38,416 nt of DNA from a virus. Taxonomy: Duplodnaviria; Caudoviricetes. This document shows, piece after piece, positions 15,059 through 24,209 of this stretch. The notes under the pieces were generated by a model that was not told the DNA's origin, searched no databases, and was given only the letters and a program-made list of their open reading frames with translations. The stretch spans positions 1 to 38,416 of IMG/VR virus record IMGVR_UViG_3300037350_000013. One strand, written 5' to 3'. A program made the translations under genes and the position numbers. Each line of letters begins with the position of its first letter. The stretch's first letter is position 1.

Positions 15059-16507
15059 ATGGCGCAGACAGCCGAGATCGAGATCCCCTACAAACCGCGC
15101 AACTGGGCGAGGCCTTTCCATGCATCATTCAAGCGTTGGGCTGCGCTCGTCCTCCATCGTCGCGCCGGCAAAACCACAGGCACGCTCAACCACCATCAAC
15201 GCGCCGCACTTGATGACGCATGGGAAGCCGCCCGACTCCGGCATCTGGAGCCCAAATTCACCAACGCCGAGATCGAAGAACTCCTCCAGCATCGCCAGTA
15301 TGGGCACATCCTGCCGCTGCTCGGACAGGCCAAGTCTGTGGCGTGGGAACCGCTCAAGCGCATCGCTGCCGTGGTCCCTGGGGCGAAGCCGAACGAATCC
15401 GAACTGAGCATCAAGTATCCGCGCAAGCCCAGGGCCGGGAAGTTGACCATCCCGGTCACAGGCGACCTCAACCCGGAAGCCAACAGCACGACGGTGCGCC
15501 TGTTCGGCGCCGACAACCCCGACGCTTTCCGCGGCTTACCGTTCTCGGGTGTGGCTTACGACGAATACAGCCAGCAGCCGCCGAACATCCACGGCGAAGT
15601 CGTCTCGAAAGCACTAGCTGACCATCTCGGTTACGGCATCTTCGAGGGCACGATCAAGGGCAAGAACCAGCTCTATCGCACCTATGAAGCGGCGAAGAAC
15701 GACCCCGAGTGGTATTCGCTGTGGCAGGACGTGGACCGCACGCTGGCGACCGAGGAAGGCGCGACGATCACGGCCATTCGACGGTCGATGGCGGACGACC
15801 TAAAGCAAATCGCGATGGGCTTGATGCTCCAGTCGGAATACGACCAGGAGTGGTATCTGAGCCCATCTGCCGCCATCAAGGGCGCGTATTACGGGAAGCT
15901 GCTCGAAGAGGCCACGAAATCAGGGCGGGTGCGGCATGTGCCCTATGACCCGGCGCTGCCGGTCTACGACGTGTGGGATCTTGGCAAAGGTCCGCGCATG
16001 TCCGTGGGGATGTTCCAGCGGTTCGGCCGCGATGTCCACATGATCGACTTCCACCAAGGGAATGAGAGCGACGGGCTCCCGCAGGTCATCTCAGCGCTCC
16101 AGCAACGGCCTTACGTGTGGGGCAAGCACTTCGCGCCGCACGACATCCGGGCGACTGACATCGGGACCGGCAAAACGCGCCACGAGACCGCCGCTGCCCT
16201 TGGGTGGATGTTTGAGATTGTCCCGTCGATCGGCGTCGATGACGGGATCAACGCCGGCCGGCTGCTGTTCCCGCGGTGCTGGTTCGATGAGCAGAAATGC
16301 CAGTTGTTCCTCGATGCGATTGGGCAGTATCGCCAGGAGTGGGACGAAAAGCGCGGCATGTTCCGCGACCAGCCGCTCCACGACTGGACCTCGCATCCAG
16401 CCGACATGTTCCGCTACGCGGCCGTGATCGAGGATCAGATGGTGCGGGAAACGCCGCGCCGGTATGACGTCTCAGCCCCGCCTCCCGCGCATTGGAGTGC
16501 GATCTAG
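15059..16507 (+). CDS. terL: Terminase large subunit
   Basis: HRRAGKT Walker A, GADNPD..RG, YDE Walker B, WDLG and H.ADMFRY nuclease motifs. Confidence 0.95.
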   Translation: MAQTAEIEIPYKPRNWARPFHASFKRWAALVLHRRAGKTTGTLNHHQRAALDDAWEAARLRHLEPKFTNAEIEELLQHRQYGHILPLLGQAKSVAWEPLKRIAAVVPGAKPNESELSIKYPRKPRAGKLTIPVTGDLNPEANSTTVRLFGADNPDAFRGLPFSGVAYDEYSQQPPNIHGEVVSKALADHLGYGIFEGTIKGKNQLYRTYEAAKNDPEWYSLWQDVDRTLATEEGATITAIRRSMADDLKQIAMGLMLQSEYDQEWYLSPSAAIKGAYYGKLLEEATKSGRVRHVPYDPALPVYDVWDLGKGPRMSVGMFQRFGRDVHMIDFHQGNESDGLPQVISALQQRPYVWGKHFAPHDIRATDIGTGKTRHETAAALGWMFEIVPSIGVDDGINAGRLLFPRCWFDEQKCQLFLDAIGQYRQEWDEKRGMFRDQPLHDWTSHPADMFRYAAVIEDQMVRETPRRYDVSAPPPAHWSAI

Positions 16508-16519
16508 GCCGAATACCGC

Positions 16520-16556
16520 TTGCATAGCTCGGCAGGATGTGTATATTTAGTATCCA
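16520..16556 (+). promoter_or_regulatory. Late promoter, copy 1
   Basis: TTGCAT-N14-TGTATATTTAGTATCCA, same sequence and spacing as the copy at 19555. Confidence 0.75.
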
Positions 16557-16562
16557 CCCTCC

Positions 16563-16802
16563 ATGAGCGAACGCGCTGCCCGCGCCACTCGACGCACCAT
16601 CCGCAAAGCCTTTGGCGGGGAAGCGTTAGACGTGATCGATACGCAGGGAGCGGCGCTGCAACAGACCGTGCTTCCAGCCCTCAAGAATCACCAACTCGCC
16701 ATTGACACCATCGGTGCCCGCCTTGATACCGTCTCCGGCCTGTTCCATGACTTCCGCACGATGACCCGCTGGCAGCGGCTACGCTGGGTGCTCGGCTTCT
16801 GA
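16563..16802 (+). CDS. Hypothetical protein upstream of portal
   Basis: TGATG-coupled to portal; ends TRWQRLRWVL. Confidence 0.7.
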   Translation: MSERAARATRRTIRKAFGGEALDVIDTQGAALQQTVLPALKNHQLAIDTIGARLDTVSGLFHDFRTMTRWQRLRWVLGF

Positions 16803-19174
16803 TGGCCGACGACACGAAGCAGTCCGACGATCTCAAGAAGCGCCACGACAAGGCGCTGGCGAAGTTTCAGCTGTCCGCCAACTACTTCAGCAAACAGCGG
16901 GAACGCGAAGTCCGCGCGCTCAAATTCGTCGACTTCGGGGAGCAGTGGGAACCGACCGCAAAAGCTGCACGCTCCGGTCAACCCGGAGGCGGGGCCGGAC
17001 AGGGTATCCCGCCGACGCCCGCCCGTCCGACGCCGGTCATCAATCAACTCCGCGCGCCAGGGGCGCAGATTGCCAGCGCGCGACGAGCCGCCAAGCTCGC
17101 GCTGGAGTTCGCGCCGAAGGGCTCAGGGTCGAACACCGACGTCGCGGAAGTGTTCGAGGACATTGTTAGAGGCGTGCAGGCGGAAAGCCGTGCGAACATT
17201 GCCCGCAACTGGGCGGCGGATCGCTCGGACAAGGCTGGACTCGGCTGGTTCCGCATCGACAAGCAGTATTGCCTCGACAATCCAGCGCCCGATGATCCGG
17301 CCATCAACGATCAGGACATCGTTTACCGCCGCATCCTGAACCAAGCCAGCGTCTACCCGGATCCGAACGCACAGGAGCCCGATTTCTCAGACGGCAAGAT
17401 CCTGTTCGTCACCGAGGATCTTCCCTGGGACACCTACGTCGACACCTATGGGGCTGATTCGCTGCTCGATGAAGGCGGGGAGGACGAAGGCGCAGAACTG
17501 ACCGCGATTGGCGACAAGCTGCCGCTGTGGGTGTTCGCGTCGACGTCGGCCGGCGCCGATGATGATGAAGGCGGTTCGGTCGGGAAAACCATCCGTATTG
17601 CGGAATGCTGGGAAGTCGTCGAAACGATGTCCGACATGGACATGGGTGACGGCCGCACGCGCAAGATCCGAACCCGCAAAGTGTTCTGGTCGAAGATGAA
17701 CGCGAAGCGGTATCTGGACGAGCCGCAGGAGTGGGACGGTTCGTATATCCCGATCATCCCGACCGTGGCCGAGGAATACAACGTCAACGGGGAACGCCGC
17801 TGGTCTGGCTACGTGGAGCCGGCGATTGACGCGGCGATGTCCTACAACGTCATGCGCGCGGGGATGATCTCGGCCGTGGCGATGTCGACGCGGGCGCCCT
17901 ACATCGGCTACATGGAGACGATCGAGCCGTTTCTGGACTGGTGGAAACAGTCTGCGACGCGCGATTTCTTCATTCTCCCGATCAAGGCCGCGAAAGCGCC
18001 CGATGGTTCCTTGCTGCCGCCGCCTCAGCGCACTATGCAGGGGGCTGACCTGCAAGGCTTTGCTATTGCCGCGCAAGCCGCGAAAGAGGACGTCCACAGC
18101 ACGACGCTCGTGCCGCCGGCTGCGCTTGGTGAGCTCGACCCGCATGACCGTTCCGGCAAGGCGATCATGGCGTTGCAAGGCCAGTCCGAAGCGGGGATTG
18201 GCGGGTATCTCGACAACATCGTGAGCATCACGATTCCTTACGAGGGGATGGTGCTCCGCGACCTAATCCCTCGTGTCTACGATCGCCCAGGGCGGATCGT
18301 GCCGGCCGTGAACGACGCCGATCAGAAGCGGATGGTGATGCTCAATCACCCGTTCATTGTGGGCGAGGACGGCAACCCGCAGCCGGTGCAGGGTTGGACG
18401 GAAGGCATGCCACTCCCGCCGAACGCGCAGATGTTCGATCTGCGGAAGGGTGAGTATTCGATCCAGCCCGTCGTCGGAAAGTCCTTCCCCACGCGCCGGG
18501 AAGCGGTGGCGGCCACGATTCAGCAGATGATGAGCAGCGTCCCGCCAGAGATGGCGATGGGTCTACTGCCGGCGCTGCTCGAAAACCTCGACGTGCCTGA
18601 AGCGAAACGGCTGTCGGCGTTGGCAAAGAAGCTCCTCCCGCCGCCCTTGCAGCAGGCGTATGAGGAAAACCCCGGTGAGATGGACCCGGCGCGGGCGCAG
18701 GCAATGATTCAGCAGCTCACGCAGCAGTTGCAGCAGGCGCACCAGATGATCGCGACCAAAACGGCCGAAGTGCAGGCCAGGGGCCAGATCGATCTGCAGA
18801 AAACGCAACTACAGGAGCAGGCCGACAGTCAGCGGACGGCCGTCGAGCAGCAGGCGCGCATTCAGGTTGCCGAGATCGCGGCGAACGCGGGCATCGCGGA
18901 AGCGGACATCAAGAGCCAGAATCAGGACCTCGATCGTCGGTTGCGTCTCATCGAACTGTTCCTCACGGCGAAACAGGAAGCGCGCCTCGACTCCGAAGCG
19001 CATCTGCATGACCACGTGCAACAGGTGCGCGAGCAGATTCACGAAGTCGGCATGTCGAATCTGGAGCACCAGCAAGCCATCGAACAGGCGCGTGTCGGCC
19101 ATCAGAACGCATTAGAGCAGGGGCAGCAGCAAGCCGCGTTGACGCCACAACCAGAGACGGGAGCAGGGGCGTGA
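16802..19174 (+). CDS. P22-like portal protein
   Basis: 790 aa; GEQW, RP...IN, G.GW.R, Y.DP.A..PD.SD, IPIIP, SGKAI motifs; Q-rich C-terminal coiled coil. Confidence 0.93.
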   Translation: MADDTKQSDDLKKRHDKALAKFQLSANYFSKQREREVRALKFVDFGEQWEPTAKAARSGQPGGGAGQGIPPTPARPTPVINQLRAPGAQIASARRAAKLALEFAPKGSGSNTDVAEVFEDIVRGVQAESRANIARNWAADRSDKAGLGWFRIDKQYCLDNPAPDDPAINDQDIVYRRILNQASVYPDPNAQEPDFSDGKILFVTEDLPWDTYVDTYGADSLLDEGGEDEGAELTAIGDKLPLWVFASTSAGADDDEGGSVGKTIRIAECWEVVETMSDMDMGDGRTRKIRTRKVFWSKMNAKRYLDEPQEWDGSYIPIIPTVAEEYNVNGERRWSGYVEPAIDAAMSYNVMRAGMISAVAMSTRAPYIGYMETIEPFLDWWKQSATRDFFILPIKAAKAPDGSLLPPPQRTMQGADLQGFAIAAQAAKEDVHSTTLVPPAALGELDPHDRSGKAIMALQGQSEAGIGGYLDNIVSITIPYEGMVLRDLIPRVYDRPGRIVPAVNDADQKRMVMLNHPFIVGEDGNPQPVQGWTEGMPLPPNAQMFDLRKGEYSIQPVVGKSFPTRREAVAATIQQMMSSVPPEMAMGLLPALLENLDVPEAKRLSALAKKLLPPPLQQAYEENPGEMDPARAQAMIQQLTQQLQQAHQMIATKTAEVQARGQIDLQKTQLQEQADSQRTAVEQQARIQVAEIAANAGIAEADIKSQNQDLDRRLRLIELFLTAKQEARLDSEAHLHDHVQQVREQIHEVGMSNLEHQQAIEQARVGHQNALEQGQQQAALTPQPETGAGA

Positions 19175-19329
19175 AGAATCCAAATTGGCCCAATGAGGTC
19201 GATTGGGATCGCCTCGCGAAGGACCATGCAGCGAGCGCACGGAAGGCGTTACGCGCGATTGCGGCATTCGATAAAAAACTGTGGGATGCCGCCTTCAAGG
19301 CCCGGCCGACACAGGGAGAAGGCGCGTGA
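19171..19329 (+). CDS. 52-aa hypothetical protein
   Basis: GTGA overlaps at both ends. Confidence 0.55.
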   Translation: MKNPNWPNEVDWDRLAKDHAASARKALRAIAAFDKKLWDAAFKARPTQGEGA

Positions 19330-19538
19330 AGGTCGATCCCGGCAATCCGCGCGCCGTCTGGGGCACTCTGAACTCCATCGGCGCGATGCACGGCAACAAG
19401 GAAACGCCGAAGGGCCGCGCAATGGAGCGGAAGCACGTCGCGGACGTGAAGGCGGGGAAAGCGGAAGGCATGAAGCCCAAGGGTCATCCCGGCTCAAATC
19501 TCGGCCGCTTTTTGCATCCGCCGAAGAAAAGCCGCTGA
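19326..19538 (+). CDS. Small basic protein
   Basis: RBS GGGAG; Lys/Gly-rich. Confidence 0.65.
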   Translation: MKVDPGNPRAVWGTLNSIGAMHGNKETPKGRAMERKHVADVKAGKAEGMKPKGHPGSNLGRFLHPPKKSR

Positions 19539-19540
19539 GC

Positions 19541-19591
19541 GTCAAGAATTTGACTTGCATTGTGACGGCTGACCTGTATATTTAGTATCCA
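19541..19591 (+). promoter_or_regulatory. Late promoter, copy 2, with an abutting GTCAA-N4-TTGAC palindrome
   Basis: GTCAAGAATTTGAC-TTGCAT-N14-TGTATATTTAGTATCCA. Confidence 0.75.
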
Positions 19592-19745
19592 ACTGCGGCT
19601 GAGGCCGCTGATTTTGTCCTGACGCTAGCGCCTGCAGCGCGAAAGCACTCCCCCTTAGGGTGTGCGTCAGTGAACAGAAGGGACACGGAAAGGGCCGTGG
19701 CGTCTGGAGCAATCCGGGTGTCCACGGCCTTTTTCGTTGTCTCGG
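19592..19745 (+). ncRNA. Candidate structured leader RNA / attenuator upstream of scaffold and coat genes
   Basis: Three consecutive pairing domains identified by eye, the last followed by or including a U tract. Confidence 0.5.
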
Positions 19746-19766
19746 ACACCTGAGGGCAGGAGCGGA

Positions 19767-20801
19767 ATGGCTGATTTCGACACGGACACGCCGGTCGCAG
19801 AGGTAGACGCTGATGCCGCCTTTGCGGAAACCGCCGCGTGGGGCGCGGATTCCGTCACGCACGAGGCGCTGACCGCCGACCCGGACGCTGCCGCCGTCGA
19901 CGAGACGCCCGCGACCGATACGCCCCCAGCTGAAGCCGCTCCCGTCGACGATCTCGCCGCTGAAGAACCGAAGGGCAAGAAAGGCAAGCCGCGCAACGAT
20001 CCCCGTGCCCGTGTCGAACAGGCGACGGCTCGCGAAGCCGCCGCCAAAGAGGAAGCCCGTCTCGCCCGCGAACGCGCGGATCGCCTCGAAGCCGAACTCG
20101 CGGAAGCGCGCAAGCCCAAACCCGCCGCGGATCCGCCCGCGCGTCCCACGCTCGTCACGCCGCCGCAGACCGCCGCGGCCTTTGCCCCGTTCGACGCGTG
20201 GCTGGAAAAGAACCCCGGCAAGGACTACGACGATTACCGCGACGCGCGTGACGAACATCTCCGCACGTCCTGGTGGCAGTCGCAGCAAGCGCAGTTCGAG
20301 CGACAGGGCGCGATGCAGGCGCACAGTCAGCGCATTAAGCAAGCCATCGAGACCGATCCGAGTCTGCCTCAGCTCATTACGAGCGGGACGCAGGCGATCG
20401 CCGCCGAACTCCAGAAAGTGGGGATTCCCGATCTCCCTGAAGTGATTGCCCAGGCGCTGGTGAATTCCCCGCGCTCTGTGGACGCCTATCGGTATCTGCT
20501 GACGCACCCGGCAGAGACCGCCCAGCTAGCCCTTGACGTGATGGCCGATCCCTCCGCGTCGCCGGTTGTAGCTGCTCGTCTGGTGCGTCGGTATTTCGAC
20601 TCTGTGACCGCGGGTGCTGCCGTCCCTCCCGATTCAGCCTCAGTGGTCCGTCCCTCATCCGCGCGTGCGCCGATCAATCGGGTCGGTGGAACCGCCTCTG
20701 CGACGCCCGTCAGCTCTGACGATCTCGAGTTCGGCCCGGAATACATCCAGGTCGAAAACGAGAAAGACAAGAAACGACGGGCGAGCGGGCGTCGCTGGTA
20801 A
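19767..20801 (+). CDS. Capsid scaffolding protein
   Basis: Acidic/Pro-rich N-terminus, coiled coils, position between portal and coat; RBS AGGAG. Confidence 0.8.
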   Translation: MADFDTDTPVAEVDADAAFAETAAWGADSVTHEALTADPDAAAVDETPATDTPPAEAAPVDDLAAEEPKGKKGKPRNDPRARVEQATAREAAAKEEARLARERADRLEAELAEARKPKPAADPPARPTLVTPPQTAAAFAPFDAWLEKNPGKDYDDYRDARDEHLRTSWWQSQQAQFERQGAMQAHSQRIKQAIETDPSLPQLITSGTQAIAAELQKVGIPDLPEVIAQALVNSPRSVDAYRYLLTHPAETAQLALDVMADPSASPVVAARLVRRYFDSVTAGAAVPPDSASVVRPSSARAPINRVGGTASATPVSSDDLEFGPEYIQVENEKDKKRRASGRRW

Positions 20802-20813
20802 CAGGACTCTCAC

Positions 20814-22043
20814 ATGGCGAATGCGCTCATTACGCCGAACTGGGTGTTGAAGCGAGTCGGACGGCTCGCGATCAACAACCTGATGTTCGCGAACAACGTC
20901 GATCGCAGCTACGACGACGAATACGTGCAGGCCGGCGCGAAGGTCGGTGACACGATCAGCCTCCGGCTCCCCCAGCGTTTTGTCACCACGAAGGGGCAGG
21001 CGTTCCAGCAGCAGGCGATCGTCGATCAGATCGTCCCGGTGACGCTGACCGATCAGGCCAACGTCGGGATCAGCTTCTCGTCGTTCCAGATGACCGTCGA
21101 CGTCGACGACTACAACAGCCGCTATGTCGAGCCCGCGGCTGTGCAGCTCGCCAACACGATGGACTTCGACGGCCTGAGCCGAGTCTACAAGGAAGTCTAC
21201 AACTCGGTCGGCGTGCCCGGCGTGCCGCCCACGCAGAACAGCACGTATCAGGCGGCGAACACCCTCCTGAGTAACCTGGCCGCGCCTCCGAACCGTATGG
21301 TGATCACCACGTCTGACATGCAGGCGGCGATCACGTCGACGAACTTCGCGCTGTTCAATCCGGCTTCCACGATCAGCGACTCGTTCGAGACGAACACCTA
21401 CGGATCGGGCGTGCTCGGGTTCCGCAAGTGGTATTGGGACCAGAACGTCGCGCAGCATACAGTCGGCAGCTACACCGGCACGCCGCTCGTCGCGGGCGCG
21501 AACCAGACCGGCAGCACCATCACGATCGATGGCTGGGGCACGGGCTCCACGCTGAACAAGGGTGACGTGCTCTACCTCGGCGCGGCTTCTGGCGGCGCAG
21601 CCTCCACGGGCGTGTTCTCGGTCAACCCGCAGAACTACCAGTCGAATCGCTCGCTCGAAGGCTTCGTGGTGCAGCAGACGACGACCGAATCGGGCGGGTC
21701 GATGACCATTCCGATTGCGCCGTCGATCATCACGTCCGGTGCGCTCCAGACCGTCACGGCCTCGCCGGTCGACAACGCCGTCGTGTCCGTATTCGGGGCG
21801 TCTGGCGCGGTCGGTTCACAGGGACTCGCCTGGGTCAAGGAAGCCGTCGTGATGGTGATGGCGGATCTGGTCGAACCCGAAGGCGGCGCGCTCAGTGAGC
21901 GTATCCGCAGCAAGCCGCTCGGCTTCGCCCTGCGGTTCGTGAAGCAATACAACATCCTGTCCGATCAGAACCTCGCGCGCATCGACTGCATCTACGGCTG
22001 GAAAACTTACCGGCCGGAGTGGGTCTGCCGGATTCAGGGTTAG
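20814..22043 (+). CDS. Major capsid protein (P22 coat gp5 family)
   Basis: MAN.LIT, V.R.YD.E...G.K.GDTI..RLP, R.D..YGW...RPE....I.G. Confidence 0.95.
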   Translation: MANALITPNWVLKRVGRLAINNLMFANNVDRSYDDEYVQAGAKVGDTISLRLPQRFVTTKGQAFQQQAIVDQIVPVTLTDQANVGISFSSFQMTVDVDDYNSRYVEPAAVQLANTMDFDGLSRVYKEVYNSVGVPGVPPTQNSTYQAANTLLSNLAAPPNRMVITTSDMQAAITSTNFALFNPASTISDSFETNTYGSGVLGFRKWYWDQNVAQHTVGSYTGTPLVAGANQTGSTITIDGWGTGSTLNKGDVLYLGAASGGAASTGVFSVNPQNYQSNRSLEGFVVQQTTTESGGSMTIPIAPSIITSGALQTVTASPVDNAVVSVFGASGAVGSQGLAWVKEAVVMVMADLVEPEGGALSERIRSKPLGFALRFVKQYNILSDQNLARIDCIYGWKTYRPEWVCRIQG

Positions 22044-22060
22044 GGGAGGGATTTCACATC

Positions 22061-22693
22061 ATGGCATTCACCTTCACCACCCTCAGCGGCGACGTCGCGA
22101 CGGGCGATCTCAACGCCACCGTGGCTTCGACGGCCGGCTTTCCCAAGGGCTCACTGATGAACATCGACAGTGAGTTCATGCCTCTGACGGCGACGACGCT
22201 GGCTGGGGCCAATGTGCTGCAGATTCGTCGCGGCGATCAGGGCGGTTATCCCGCCGCGCATGTCTCGGGAGCGGTCGCGATCATCGGCCTGCCCTCGGAC
22301 TTCCCGCCGGCCCCTCCGGGCGCGGCGACCCTGCAGCCGGTCGCGCCGAACTGGGCCGTCCAGACCGTCGTCGCGTCGGGCGCGATTGCGGTGCCGGCCA
22401 CGCGGCAGAACGTGTTCGTGCAGCTCCTGGGGAGCACCACGAACGCCTACACGCTGGCCGATCCGACCTACGCACAGATCGGGCAGGAACTGCTGATCCA
22501 GGCCGTGGCGGCCCACGCCTACACGGTGACGCTGCCGAACACGGATGATCTCGGGTTCAACAACGGCGACACCGACGTGGCGACCTTCGGCGGCGCCATT
22601 GGCGACAACATCCACCTCAAGGCCGTGGCCTACTCGGGCGGCGCGAAGTGGAACGTGATCGACAGCGTGAACGTGAGCCTGTCCGACACGTAA
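22061..22693 (+). CDS. Putative capsid decoration/cement protein
   Basis: Follows coat; beta-rich; RG..G..AAH..GA motif; RBS GGAGG. Confidence 0.6.
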   Translation: MAFTFTTLSGDVATGDLNATVASTAGFPKGSLMNIDSEFMPLTATTLAGANVLQIRRGDQGGYPAAHVSGAVAIIGLPSDFPPAPPGAATLQPVAPNWAVQTVVASGAIAVPATRQNVFVQLLGSTTNAYTLADPTYAQIGQELLIQAVAAHAYTVTLPNTDDLGFNNGDTDVATFGGAIGDNIHLKAVAYSGGAKWNVIDSVNVSLSDT

Positions 22694-22705
22694 TCCGACC
22701 ATCAG

Positions 22706-22748
22706 GCCGGGGCGCGTCGCACTTCCGCGGCGCGTCTCGGCTTTCTTG
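22706..22748 (+). terminator. Intrinsic terminator after the coat and decoration genes
   Basis: GCCGGGGCGCGTCGC-ACTTCC-GCGGCGCGTCTCGGC-TTTCTT. Confidence 0.75.
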
Positions 22749-22761
22749 CACGAGGCGGCTT

Positions 22762-23190
22762 GTGATTCAGACACGCATCAAGGACGACCGCACGAACGAA
22801 TGGGTGGACCTCCACCCGAACGATCCCCGCTATTGGGAAGGGCGCTACGTCTACGAGCCGTATCCCAAAGTGCTGTTCAAGGCATCGGTCGGTGCCTATC
22901 AGGACGGGGATCTGGCGCAGAAGCGTGTCGAGAATCAGCAGCAGCACGACGATCTGAACAAGCGGGAATCGGGCTGGAAGGAATCGCCGGACGAGGCGCG
23001 GGCCTATCTCGACGCGCTGGAGCGCGAGATGTCCACCGCGGCGGCCGAATCGGCCCACGCCGACCGGAACATGAGCGCATCGGCGCAGCGCGAACGGCGC
23101 GCGGCCGAAGAATCGACGGATGGATTCGTAGTGGACGTCCCCGCCCCAAAGAAGCGCGGCCGTCCGAAGAAGGATCAGACGCTCAACTGA
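22762..23190 (+). CDS. Conserved head-region hypothetical protein
   Basis: YPK.L......V.N......GW.ESP; KKRGRPKK tail; RBS GAGG. Confidence 0.7.
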   Translation: MIQTRIKDDRTNEWVDLHPNDPRYWEGRYVYEPYPKVLFKASVGAYQDGDLAQKRVENQQQHDDLNKRESGWKESPDEARAYLDALEREMSTAAAESAHADRNMSASAQRERRAAEESTDGFVVDVPAPKKRGRPKKDQTLN

Positions 23191-23222
23191 GCGCGGCGGC
23201 CTAAAGCCGCAGGGAGTCGCAG

Positions 23223-24206
23223 ATGTCACAGATCACGCAGTTCGGCGCGTTCACCCCGGCCACGGGTAGCCAGATTGCGGGCCTCATCGGCTCGCAGGTG
23301 CCGCTCTTTCGGAATGTCTACTACGTCGATGCCGTCCACGGCTCGGACGTGGCAGACGGATCGCGCACGTCGCCGCTGCGCACGGTCGACGTGGCCTACG
23401 GCCTCTGTGTCGCCGGGATGAACGATGCCGTGGCGATCATTGGAGACGGCACGACCGCTTCGACGTGGCGACTCTCGACGGGCTTCACGTGGGCGAAGAA
23501 CGCGACCCATCTGGTTGGTCTGTCGTCGGGCGTGAACGTCTCGAACCGCTCGCGAATTGCCCCCACGGCCGGCGCGACGGCGTTCGCGAATTTCTTCACC
23601 GTCTCGGCTTCGGGCTGTCTCTTCCAGAACCTGCAGTGGTTCCAGGGCTTCGGCACGGGCACGACGGCAGAAATCTGCATGACCGTGACCGGCGGCCGGA
23701 ACATGTTCGTCAACTGCGCGATCAGCGGGATGGGCGACACGGCCGGAGCGACTGACACGGGCTCGCGTGATCTGAAGATCAGCGGCACAGGCGAGAACCA
23801 GTTCGTCGACTGCACCATCGGCATCGACACGATCGCGCGCACGGTGGCGAACGCGAACATCGAGTTTGCCGGCGGCGCACCGCGCAACGAATTCCGCAAC
23901 TGCCAGATGATCATGTTCGCGACGGGAGCCGGCGCGCTCGGCGTCATCGTCGCCGATGCGGCTGGGTCGGACCGCTTCCAGTTGTTCGATCGCCTCACGG
24001 TGCTGAACAGCATCAAGAGCGGATCGGGCACGGCGATTACCGGCCTGTGCTCGCTGGCGGCGTCGATGGGCGGCCTGCTCTACTTCCGCGATCTGGCGAT
24101 GGTCGGCGTCTCAAGCCTCGGCGCGGACGCGACCAGCAAGGCGCAGATTTACGAGTTCGGGCCGGCGAACAGCACCAGCACGGGCATCGGCAACAACCCG
24201 GCATAG
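23223..24206 (+). CDS. Right-handed beta-helix (pectin-lyase-like) virion protein
   Basis: YYVD...GSD..DG...SPL.T...A motif plus repeated N.F.NC.I units. Confidence 0.75.
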   Translation: MSQITQFGAFTPATGSQIAGLIGSQVPLFRNVYYVDAVHGSDVADGSRTSPLRTVDVAYGLCVAGMNDAVAIIGDGTTASTWRLSTGFTWAKNATHLVGLSSGVNVSNRSRIAPTAGATAFANFFTVSASGCLFQNLQWFQGFGTGTTAEICMTVTGGRNMFVNCAISGMGDTAGATDTGSRDLKISGTGENQFVDCTIGIDTIARTVANANIEFAGGAPRNEFRNCQMIMFATGAGALGVIVADAAGSDRFQLFDRLTVLNSIKSGSGTAITGLCSLAASMGGLLYFRDLAMVGVSSLGADATSKAQIYEFGPANSTSTGIGNNPA

Positions 24207-24209
24207 GTC

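Noticed and set aside
19612-19680. Hammerhead ribozyme (CTGACG...GAAA...GTC)
   Set aside because: The core reads CTGACGC rather than CTGANGA, stems I and III are out of register, and CTGACGC pairs perfectly with GCGTCAG instead
17387-21458. Long minus-strand ORFs (17387-18178, 19542-20507, 20655-21458) and similar ones elsewhere
   Set aside because: Shadow ORFs of GC-rich genes: Arg-rich, no motifs and no start signals
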